Below, piece after piece: positions 8,649 through 16,271 of a stretch of DNA of 51,406 nt (position 1 is the stretch's first letter; every line of letters starts with the position of its first letter). The DNA comes from Calditrichia bacterium (GTDB taxonomy: Bacteria > Calditrichota > Calditrichia > RBG-13-44-9 > J075). The stretch covers positions 1 to 51,406 of the forward strand of contig JBOEGD010000023.1 in NCBI GenBank assembly GCA_050633245.1. Direction: 5' to 3'. Under the pieces are notes generated by a model that worked only from the letters and a program-made list of their open reading frames with translations, had not been told where the DNA came from and made no database searches. The position numbers and the translations under genes are program-made.

Positions 8649-9611
8649 TCACCTCCCGTGACAATGCTCTTCGATAAGCGAGGCGATAGTTGCAGCCGTC
8701 TTCGAATAATAGGCTTCGTATTTTTCAGCCTGGCGCAAATTAACACAGGCTTGTTCGATGTCATTTTTACGCAGAGCAATCAGGCCCAGGTTCTTAAATG
8801 CAGCCGCATTGGGGAAGATCGCTATTGAACGCTCTAAATCTTCTTTGGCGAGTGCCATCTGCCCACTATTAAGATAGGCGAAGCCACGGCTATCCCAAAT
8901 GGCTGCCCTGATAGGGGCGATCTCATCATTCGCCATATACTCCATGCTGAGGTTAAACTGTTCGATTGCCAGCTGATATTCACCTTTTTCAGCAAAGACC
9001 TGTCCCATCTCTTCATATGCAAATGAGGAGGTGGAATCAAGGCTTAATGCCTGATGCAAGTCTACAACAGCTTCATCGAACAATTGATTTTCTCTCTTTG
9101 CCGAAGCACGCTGGATATAGTTCTCAGCATTGGAGGGATTCAAACGAACAAGCGATGAATATACTGCAATTGCCTCGGAGTAATCTGCAGCCTGGAAGCG
9201 ATTTGAAGCATAAAATTCCAGATACTCTTTATTATCGGGCTCTTGCTCCAGAAGATACTGAAGATCTTCTTTGCCCTTCTCAAAATCATCCTGAAAATAG
9301 TAGGCTATCGCACGGAAAAAATAGGCCTCATTATACTCTGCTTTTATTCGGATGGCTTCGCTTAACGTTTCGATGCCTTCTTCAGAACGCCCAAGGCTTA
9401 TCTGCGAACGGCCTTTTATAACAAGCTGTTGAGGGCTTAACGGTTTCTCTTTTATTGCTTCCTCGGCAAAATCAATTGCCTTTTGGTATTCCTGCTCATT
9501 AAATGCATCAAGCATTTGCTTTTCGTTCTCGGTAAGAGTGATTTCCGTTTGCGAACAAGAGGTGCAAAGGAGCAACAAAGACAAGAAAAGAAATAAATAT
9601 CTCGGTTTCAT
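8649..9611 (-). CDS. Tetratricopeptide repeat lipoprotein
   Basis: Lipobox-like CTSC; repeated TPR helices (AYFFRAIAY, AYEEMGQVF, AWDSRG-like). Confidence 0.88.
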   Translation of the reverse strand: MKPRYLFLFLSLLLLCTSCSQTEITLTENEKQMLDAFNEQEYQKAIDFAEEAIKEKPLSPQQLVIKGRSQISLGRSEEGIETLSEAIRIKAEYNEAYFFRAIAYYFQDDFEKGKEDLQYLLEQEPDNKEYLEFYASNRFQAADYSEAIAVYSSLVRLNPSNAENYIQRASAKRENQLFDEAVVDLHQALSLDSTSSFAYEEMGQVFAEKGEYQLAIEQFNLSMEYMANDEIAPIRAAIWDSRGFAYLNSGQMALAKEDLERSIAIFPNAAAFKNLGLIALRKNDIEQACVNLRQAEKYEAYYSKTAATIASLIEEHCHGR

Positions 9612-9745
9612 ACCAGGTCTCTATGGGGTAATTGCAGCAGCTTAATATTCCTATCTTTCCTATATAACATATTTTAACTATCTTCCGCCTACATTTTTCA
9701 CATATTCGCGAATGAATCTTACAAAGTACTTCGCACGGGCAGGCA

Positions 9746-10978
9746 ATGATCTCCAATCCCTTTATCCACAGAACATCAAAACGCCTGGGCATTAAAGCCG
9801 AGCAGTTTGCACAAACTTTTAGCTACGGAATTGCATTTATCTTCTTGGGTGGGATTTCTGCAATACTTGGCCCTACCTTGCCGGGCCTTGCTGAACAAAC
9901 CGGCACCGGCCTAAAAGAAATAAGCATCTTATTTATCGCCCGCCAGTCAGGCGCAATTTTGACGGCGCTGTTTTTGGGTAGATTATATGATAGACACAGT
10001 GGCCATCTAATTCTTAACGTCGCACTTTTCACTCTCGCAATCTGTCTGATAACAACTCCTGTTTTGCCAAACATTTACGTACTTGCCGCACTTCTTTTTG
10101 TTAGCGGCATGGGTATAAGCCTGCTAAATGTTGGTGGAAATGCTCTGATTTTATCTGTTCATCGAATCGGAGTGGCGCCTTATATGGTAGCGCTTCACTT
10201 TGCCTATAGCGTTGGTGCATTCCTCTCTCCCCTTCTCGTAGCTATCGCCGTCGCTACAACTGGCTCTTTCAGACTTGCTTACTGGATTATGGGTGTGCTT
10301 ATTTTTATTCCGATACTGCTCTGTTATCGAGTTCCATCACCCAAAGTTGTAGATGATGTCTCTTCGGACGATTCTCCGGTTCACTTCACCGGTAAGCTCG
10401 CCCTGTTTGCATCGTTTTTCTTCATGTACGTGAGCGTGGAAGCAGGAATTAACGGCTGGATCTATTCATATGGCTTAGCAACCCAAATCGCGGATGCCGT
10501 TTCAGCAGCATATTTAACCTCAGCATTTTGGGGAATGGAAACCATTGGTCGCTTCTTTAGCATACCAATCGCCGCACGCTTCAAACCAATGCATGTGGTC
10601 ATTACCGGGGTAACCGGAGCAACATGCAGCATTCTCTTACTGAATATTTTCCCACTTTCGACGTTCGTAGTTTGGACTGGTATCCTACTGCTCGGATTGT
10701 CGATATCGTCACTGTTTGCATCCATGCTTGCAGTCGCACGAGAGAAAATGCACATTACCGGCAAGACTACCGGATGGCTATTTACCGGTGGCAGTATGGG
10801 AGGAATGATTCTTCCCTGGCTGGTGGGACAATTCTTTGAATCGTATGGTCCGTTATTCTTATTTCACAGTATACTTGTAACTCAATTTCTACTCGTCTTG
10901 GTCGTTTGGAGAATTTGGAAAATGCCGTTTCTTAAGGAGTCTCAGCCTCAAAAACCCGATATAGATACACCAGCATAG
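9746..10978 (+). CDS. MFS transporter (FucP/MFSD4-like)
   Basis: About 12 TM; 'LGPTLPGLA', 'GRLYDRHSG', 'ALHFAYSVGAFLSP', 'FMYVSVE'. Confidence 0.9.
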   Translation: MISNPFIHRTSKRLGIKAEQFAQTFSYGIAFIFLGGISAILGPTLPGLAEQTGTGLKEISILFIARQSGAILTALFLGRLYDRHSGHLILNVALFTLAICLITTPVLPNIYVLAALLFVSGMGISLLNVGGNALILSVHRIGVAPYMVALHFAYSVGAFLSPLLVAIAVATTGSFRLAYWIMGVLIFIPILLCYRVPSPKVVDDVSSDDSPVHFTGKLALFASFFFMYVSVEAGINGWIYSYGLATQIADAVSAAYLTSAFWGMETIGRFFSIPIAARFKPMHVVITGVTGATCSILLLNIFPLSTFVVWTGILLLGLSISSLFASMLAVAREKMHITGKTTGWLFTGGSMGGMILPWLVGQFFESYGPLFLFHSILVTQFLLVLVVWRIWKMPFLKESQPQKPDIDTPA

Positions 10979-11930
10979 GGATAACCATTGCCAAAACGGC
11001 AACCAGACCAATGTTCAGCCAATAGAGAGTTACTTCCGGTGCTGCAGCATTAAAAACGGTAAGGGTCGTGCCATCCACAAAGCGCAAAAACACTGGAAAT
11101 TGCGTTGCGAACCAACCCAAAAGAATGCATAGAACCTGAATTCCAATTGCCAGCCGCATCGTCCAAATTTGCTCGCGGGACATTGCACGAAATAAAACCC
11201 AGACGGCTATTAACGATACTACCTGAACGCTGATTTGCAGAGGAGTGAACGTTTTGTCTAATGAAACAATGCCCTTAAGTGCTCCAAGGGCCAACGTCAA
11301 TCCACCCAGAATGAAGCTGCAAGCAAAAAAGAATCGAATACGCTTTTCAACAACCTTGCGATCTGCATGCTCTGAAAGCTCACCATAAAAAAAGACGGAT
11401 GCAAGATAGGCAAAAAGAGCATTTACGAACAGCGCACTTAGCAGACCAAAGACTGTAAACCAAGGTTGAATGTATAGCATGAAGAAAGAAACGTTTTGTG
11501 CATCGGGGAGTGGAAATGGCTGCAAAAGAGATGCAACGATAAAGCCAAACATCATGGGTGTGATTCCCGAAGAAAGCCGAAAAAGCCAGCCATAATAGCG
11601 GCTCCAGGAATCAGGCTCGGGGTCATATTTACGAAACGTAAAAAATGCACCTCTCAAAATAATCCCTAATAATGCCAGATAGATTGGCACGAAAAGCACG
11701 GTAGATAGACTGGCATAGGCCCTCGGATAGCCAACAAAAAGTATAACGACCACCGCAATTAACCAGACATGATTAGCTTCCCAAACCGGGGCCAGTGTCT
11801 GCTGTAGCTTCTTCTGAAGATGAGGATAACCGCGCAACACCAGCTCCAAAAGGCCGCCACCAAAATCGGCACCACCAAATAAAATGTATATGGATAACGC
11901 AATCAGCAAAAAAACAAAGGTCAACTCCAT
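10932..11930 (-). CDS. cydB: Cytochrome bd ubiquinol oxidase subunit II
   Basis: 'GADFGGG', 'PVWEANHVWLI', 'ILRGAFF'; ATG 11930 one base after the cydA stop. Confidence 0.93.
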   Translation of the reverse strand: MELTFVFLLIALSIYILFGGADFGGGLLELVLRGYPHLQKKLQQTLAPVWEANHVWLIAVVVILFVGYPRAYASLSTVLFVPIYLALLGIILRGAFFTFRKYDPEPDSWSRYYGWLFRLSSGITPMMFGFIVASLLQPFPLPDAQNVSFFMLYIQPWFTVFGLLSALFVNALFAYLASVFFYGELSEHADRKVVEKRIRFFFACSFILGGLTLALGALKGIVSLDKTFTPLQISVQVVSLIAVWVLFRAMSREQIWTMRLAIGIQVLCILLGWFATQFPVFLRFVDGTTLTVFNAAAPEVTLYWLNIGLVAVLAMVIPMLVYLYRVFEAETP

Positions 11931-11931
11931 A

Positions 11932-13233
11932 TTAGACGACCTCCGATTCGCGTTGGAACCACTTCCACAACAACGAGAACGAAATAAGCCCCAGGAAGGA
12001 GTAGAGCACAACAATAATGGCAAAAGACCAGCCAAGCCCCGGGACCGGCGTTACTGCTTCAGCGGTACGCATTACCTTATAGATGATCCATGGTTGACGT
12101 CCCACTTCCGTTACGATCCATCCCGCCTCAAGTGCAATGAATCCTGTTGGGGTGAGCAGAACAAGCGTTCTTAACCAATTGCGGTTTCGATTCAGCTCGA
12201 TTTTACGCCATTTTGAAAGCAGGAAGAAGATGGAAAGCAGTAAGAGAATTGTGCCGATTCCGACCATGGCTTGAAAGGCCAAATGAGTGATAAGCACTGG
12301 TGGCTGCTCATCTTTTGGAAACTCCTCTAGTCCGAGAACTTCAGCGTCAAAATCACCATGTGCCAGAAAAGAAAGTGCATACGGGATGTGAATGCCCCAA
12401 CTAACCGTTTCAGATTCCTCATCAGGAATACCACCAATCAGAAGCGATGCCGGAGCTTCCGTCTTGAAATGTGCCTCCATTGCTGCAAATTTCTCCGGCT
12501 GACGATCGGCAATAGCCTTGGCGCTTAAATCACCGATGAGTGGCTGAATGATTGAAGCAACGACCAGGATTGGCAGTAAGTAATGTAGTGCGCGTGAATG
12601 GAAAGCGTGACCAGGTGATCTCAGAAGGCCAAGCGCATGTAAACCGGCAGCTGCTATCGCAGTTGCCTGAAACGCAGCAACAATCATATGAGCAGCCTGT
12701 AATGGCCAGGCATCGTTAAACATCGCCCCCCATGGTGAAATATTACTCGCTACGCCATCCTGCCAGGTAAAGCCGGTTGGCGAATTCATCCACCCATTGG
12801 CAGCAACTACAAGAATACCGGAAGCAACACCACAAACACCAACCATAAAAGCAAAGAAGAGATGCAAATTAGGTTTAACCTTACCGAACCCGTATAGAAA
12901 GAGACCCAGAAAAATAGCCTCAAGGAAAAAAGCCGCTCCCTCAAGCGAGAACGGCATACCGATTATCGGTCCGGCATGTTCCATAAATCCCGGCCAGAGT
13001 AAACCGAGTTGAAAACTAAGTGCAGTTCCACTTACCGCGCCGGTTGCAAAAAGGATAGCGCTCCCCTTCATCCAGGCTCTGGTTAATCGCAAATCCATCT
13101 CATTACCACCTTTTAGATAGTTGCGATACGCCAGAAACATCAAAAAGGGCATTACCATAGAGATAGAGGCAAAAATAATGTGGAAGCCCAACGAAAAGGC
13201 CATCTGCATTCTTGCCAACATCAAGTGTTCCAT
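11932..13233 (-). CDS. cydA: Cytochrome bd ubiquinol oxidase subunit I (short Q-loop)
   Basis: 'FHIIF', 'AAHMI', 'QPEKFAAME', 'FQAMVG', 'EAGWIVTEVGRQPW'. Confidence 0.96.
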   Translation of the reverse strand: MEHLMLARMQMAFSLGFHIIFASISMVMPFLMFLAYRNYLKGGNEMDLRLTRAWMKGSAILFATGAVSGTALSFQLGLLWPGFMEHAGPIIGMPFSLEGAAFFLEAIFLGLFLYGFGKVKPNLHLFFAFMVGVCGVASGILVVAANGWMNSPTGFTWQDGVASNISPWGAMFNDAWPLQAAHMIVAAFQATAIAAAGLHALGLLRSPGHAFHSRALHYLLPILVVASIIQPLIGDLSAKAIADRQPEKFAAMEAHFKTEAPASLLIGGIPDEESETVSWGIHIPYALSFLAHGDFDAEVLGLEEFPKDEQPPVLITHLAFQAMVGIGTILLLLSIFFLLSKWRKIELNRNRNWLRTLVLLTPTGFIALEAGWIVTEVGRQPWIIYKVMRTAEAVTPVPGLGWSFAIIVVLYSFLGLISFSLLWKWFQRESEVV

Positions 13234-13270
13234 GCTGCCTCACCTATTGCTATAATTCACTCGGTCAAGT

Positions 13271-13305
13271 TAGTGAAAGTTGTAACAAGACATTAGCATT
13301 GTCAA
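13271..13305 (-). promoter_or_regulatory. cydAB promoter: perfect TTGACA -35 with a Rex-like box over the -10 region
   Basis: TTGACA at 13305-13300 (minus); TAGTGAA-agtt-GTAACAA at 13271-13288 matches 11/14 positions of TTGTGAA-N4-TTCACAA. Confidence 0.45.
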
Positions 13306-13321
13306 CGGTTTTATGGAAAAG

Positions 13322-13363
13322 CAGAACTCAGAACTCAGAACTCAGAACTCAGAACTCAGAACT
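13322..13363. repeat. Perfect heptamer repeat (CAGAACT)x6
   Basis: Six exact copies between the hydrolase stop and the cydA promoter. Confidence 0.97.
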
Positions 13364-13377
13364 TCAATGTTCAATTT

Positions 13378-14208
13378 TTACCGCCACCCCATTAGGCGGC
13401 GATGACGAATTACGCTATTGCCGCGAATCTGACTCACCGCCTGTTGAAGCAAAGCATTGAAGATCAGTGGTTTTTCGATCATTGGATAATGGCCGGTAGC
13501 ATGAATTGGAAGCACCTCAAAGCCGTTACCGCAAAACTCAGCTAAACCATCTGTATTCGTTGGTGTCATATCACTGTTAATGAGATACAACTTCGTCCGC
13601 AGTTCCGGCAAGCGTTCAGTCAACGTCATATCGTATTTTAACAGATCAGCCAGAACCTGAAAGGCCACATCCGGATCGGCAAAGGCAAAGTCATGCTTCA
13701 CTCTTTCACGAATAGAACTGGTCGTCGATTTATGAAACAACATCTTATCTGCAAGCTGTGGTGCCATGTCGCTGAAATTGGTTAACAGCATATTCATAAA
13801 GCCGGTATACTCTTCCATCTGGCGCGCATCCGGCGTAATATTGACGCTCTTAAACGTATCGATGCCTATAAGCCCGATAATCGCCGGATGGTTTGTCAAT
13901 GCCGCCTCAAGACAAATCTCGCCAGCCATTGAGTGTCCAATTAGAACTACGTTCATCAGCTTTTGATCTTCAATAAGTCGCACGACATCGACCGCATAGG
14001 AACAGATAGTCCAATTCTCCCGGGTAGCGGATGATTTTCCAAATCCTGGTAAATCGAGGGTCACAACGCGAAATCTACGGCTTAGCTGCTCCGTCTGCAA
14101 ATCCCAATAGCTGCTGTCAATGCACCAACCGTGGACAAAAAGTAACGTTAGCTCTCCGGTTCCTTGACTGGTCCAATTAAGTTGCTTCTGTTTCGTAGCC
14201 AATTCCAT
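13378..14208 (-). CDS. Alpha/beta fold hydrolase
   Basis: 'FVHGW', 'DLPGFGKS', nucleophile elbow GHSMAG, 'TGHYPMIEKP'; AAGGAG RBS. Confidence 0.93.
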   Translation of the reverse strand: MELATKQKQLNWTSQGTGELTLLFVHGWCIDSSYWDLQTEQLSRRFRVVTLDLPGFGKSSATRENWTICSYAVDVVRLIEDQKLMNVVLIGHSMAGEICLEAALTNHPAIIGLIGIDTFKSVNITPDARQMEEYTGFMNMLLTNFSDMAPQLADKMLFHKSTTSSIRERVKHDFAFADPDVAFQVLADLLKYDMTLTERLPELRTKLYLINSDMTPTNTDGLAEFCGNGFEVLPIHATGHYPMIEKPLIFNALLQQAVSQIRGNSVIRHRRLMGWR

Positions 14209-14278
14209 AGCTTATCTCCTTTTGATGGTGACCCACTCACCAATCGAATTGTGTTTAGAAGAAGATAAGACGGGCTGG

Positions 14279-14294
14279 TGACAACCCTATGTCA
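14279..14294. promoter_or_regulatory. Putative WYL-regulator operator TGACA-N6-TGTCA
   Basis: Perfect inverted pentamers between the WYL gene stop and the hydrolase start. Confidence 0.6.
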
Positions 14295-14310
14295 GTAGGC
14301 TTGAAAAAAT

Positions 14311-15255
14311 TTATTTATAGTGTGTTTTTAGGTCATCAACCAAAAGTTTCAGATGCTGTTGCAGCTGTGGTGGGCTCTTTATTTCAACTTCATTTGTATA
14401 CATGAGTAGCCAACGCGCCAATCCATCCAGCGAGATTGTCAGAAACGTCATTTCAACGCGATTTCCTACGTCTAACTGACGAACGAATCCATTGAAGAAT
14501 TTTTGTCTTTGCGCATAGCGCGCGCTTTCTTTTGTAAAAGAGACAATCGCGGTATTCAGCTGGCGCTCTTCAGCAATCTCTTGTAAATAGTCTTTCAGAG
14601 TTGGGTGAGTTTTAGTAAACAAGCTGCCACATGATCTTAATGTCGCCATGCGATCCAGACGAAAGTCACGATAGGCGTTACGCAATCTACACCAGGCGAT
14701 CAAATGCCAGCTATTATGGCTATAGAAGACACCAATCGGCTCTATACTGCGGGTAGTTTGTACTCCGCTGGACGCTGCATTGTATACCAATGACAACACT
14801 TCTTTCGATGAGATGGCATTTAAAATTGTCCCAAGGTCCTTTTGTGAATTCACCTCAACCGCATTGGCATTGGGAATCACTTCGATATTTGGTTCAATAT
14901 CTTGCAGGAAGTCCTGTTCTTCTGAGCGCAAAATTGCCTTGATTTTGTACAGCGCGGAACGATAGGCCTCACGCGTGGCTTTATCGGTCATGGTCGAAAT
15001 AAATTTCTCTGCAGTCAGAAAGCTGGTTGCCTCTTCCCGGGTTAACATAACCGGTGGCAGGCGAAATCCTTCCATAATAGAATAACCAACACCAGCCTCT
15101 CCAAGAATTGGAATACCTGCCCTTTCCAGTGAGCGGATGTCGCGGTAGACGGTGCGCAGGCTAATGTCAAAGCGATCGGCAATTTCCTGCGCCTTTACCA
15201 CGCGTTGCGACTGCAGCTGAATAAGTATTGCGGAGAGTCTATCGATTCGATTCAC
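14311..15255 (-). CDS. YafY/PafC-like HTH-WYL-WCX transcriptional regulator
   Basis: 'MNRIDRL', HTH 'ISLRTVYRDIRSL', 'GEAGVGY', WYL 'RSIEPIG...WHLIAWCRLRNAYRDFRLDRM'. Confidence 0.95.
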   Translation of the reverse strand: MNRIDRLSAILIQLQSQRVVKAQEIADRFDISLRTVYRDIRSLERAGIPILGEAGVGYSIMEGFRLPPVMLTREEATSFLTAEKFISTMTDKATREAYRSALYKIKAILRSEEQDFLQDIEPNIEVIPNANAVEVNSQKDLGTILNAISSKEVLSLVYNAASSGVQTTRSIEPIGVFYSHNSWHLIAWCRLRNAYRDFRLDRMATLRSCGSLFTKTHPTLKDYLQEIAEERQLNTAIVSFTKESARYAQRQKFFNGFVRQLDVGNRVEMTFLTISLDGLARWLLMYTNEVEIKSPPQLQQHLKLLVDDLKTHYK

Positions 15256-15264
15256 GAGGGCAAT

Positions 15265-15292
15265 TTATGAATTATGAGTTATTAATTATGAC
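15265..15292. repeat. Heptamer array TTAT(G/T)AN x4
   Basis: TTATGAA, TTATGAG, TTATTAA, TTATGAC; 9 bp upstream of the WYL GTG start. Confidence 0.7.
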
Positions 15293-15321
15293 TATTTTTT
15301 TAAAAAACAGGTGTCCGGGGT

Positions 15322-15403
15322 AAAAGACGGCAATCAACGGACGGCAGTCAACGGACGGCAGTCAAAAGACGGCAGTCAACTCGCTTCTTGCTTCTTGCTT
15401 CTC
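15322..15403. repeat. Composite repeat: 14-mer GACGGCAGTCAA(CG/AA) x4 followed by GCTTCTT x3
   Basis: Units start at 15326, 15340, 15354, 15368; GCTTCTT at 15383 and 15390, GCTTCTC at 15397. Confidence 0.92.
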
Positions 15404-15536
15404 ATCTATTGCCTTATTACCAAAAGTGATCGCAGACATGGACACAATCTACCGTAACAGGTAATTTCTTTCGCTTTTTCAATAAAATGGCGTAAGTATC
15501 TAAATTTAGTAAGATAAGCACTTTTTCATATTCGCC

Positions 15537-15565
15537 TTGCAATTGTGAAACTGTCGGCTTACTAT
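15537..15565 (+). promoter_or_regulatory. Putative sigma70 promoter of the OMP gene
   Basis: TTGCAA-N17-TACTAT. Confidence 0.5.
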
Positions 15566-15655
15566 TTCCGTATCAAACTACCGCACGCCATAAGAAAGTC
15601 CTTCCGTCGTTGGGGGAAGGGTAACGCTATAACACTACTTAAAGGAGAACTTCAA

Positions 15656-16225
15656 ATGAAGAAGTTGCTACTTGTATTCGCTGTAATGAGTTTTTTCGCT
15701 GTTCAATCTGTAAGTGCCCAAGGTGCAATGCGTATCGGAGCTGAAGGTAATGTTGTATTGCCATTTGGCGATCTGGGTGATATTGCCAGCCCGGTTGGTT
15801 TTGGTGCAACTGCACTTTTTATATATCCCTTCAATGAGAACATCTCTTTCAGCGGTCGCGCTGGATGGAAGACACTCGGTGGAGAAAAGGTTGAGAACAC
15901 CTTTCTTGGCCAAACAACAAGCTTGGAATACACGATTTCTACTATTCCGATTCAGGCAGGTGCACGTTACCATCTAAACGGCACCGGTGAGCCGGGTCTT
16001 TACGTTGGTGGTGAAGTTGGTTTTCAGATTCTCAACATTGATGTCGACACTGAAGGTCTGGGTGGATTTGGTGACCTTGGCTCTGCCTCTTCTACAGAGT
16101 TCACAATTGCTCCAATGGTTGGATTCGCTTTAGAAGCTCTCGATATGTCAGCCTTTGTTAACTTGCTGAATAATGCTACCTGGTTTGGTATCCGTGTTGG
16201 TTGGACCATGCCTGTTGGCAACTAA
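15656..16225 (+). CDS. Outer membrane beta-barrel protein (OmpA-TM/OMP_b-brl-like)
   Basis: ATG 15656 after AAAGGAG; signal peptide ending VSA; alternating beta-strands ('IPIQAGARYH', 'LYVGGEVG', 'FGIRVGW'). Confidence 0.88.
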   Translation: MKKLLLVFAVMSFFAVQSVSAQGAMRIGAEGNVVLPFGDLGDIASPVGFGATALFIYPFNENISFSGRAGWKTLGGEKVENTFLGQTTSLEYTISTIPIQAGARYHLNGTGEPGLYVGGEVGFQILNIDVDTEGLGGFGDLGSASSTEFTIAPMVGFALEALDMSAFVNLLNNATWFGIRVGWTMPVGN

Positions 16226-16232
16226 TATATTT

Positions 16233-16263
16233 TGTAGGGACGCAAAACGTTTGCGTCCCTACA
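16233..16263. repeat. GTAG-type REP-like palindrome between convergent genes
   Basis: TGTAGGGACGCAAA-acg-TTTGCGTCCCTACA, perfect 14-bp arms. Confidence 0.8.
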
Positions 16264-16271
16264 GCTTTAAA

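Noticed and set aside
13212-13460. ORF containing RTQNSEL repeats
   Set aside because: By-product of (CAGAACT)6; antisense to cydA and the hydrolase.
15322-15403. CRISPR array or plasmid iterons
   Set aside because: 14-bp contiguous units without spacers; no cas or rep gene nearby.
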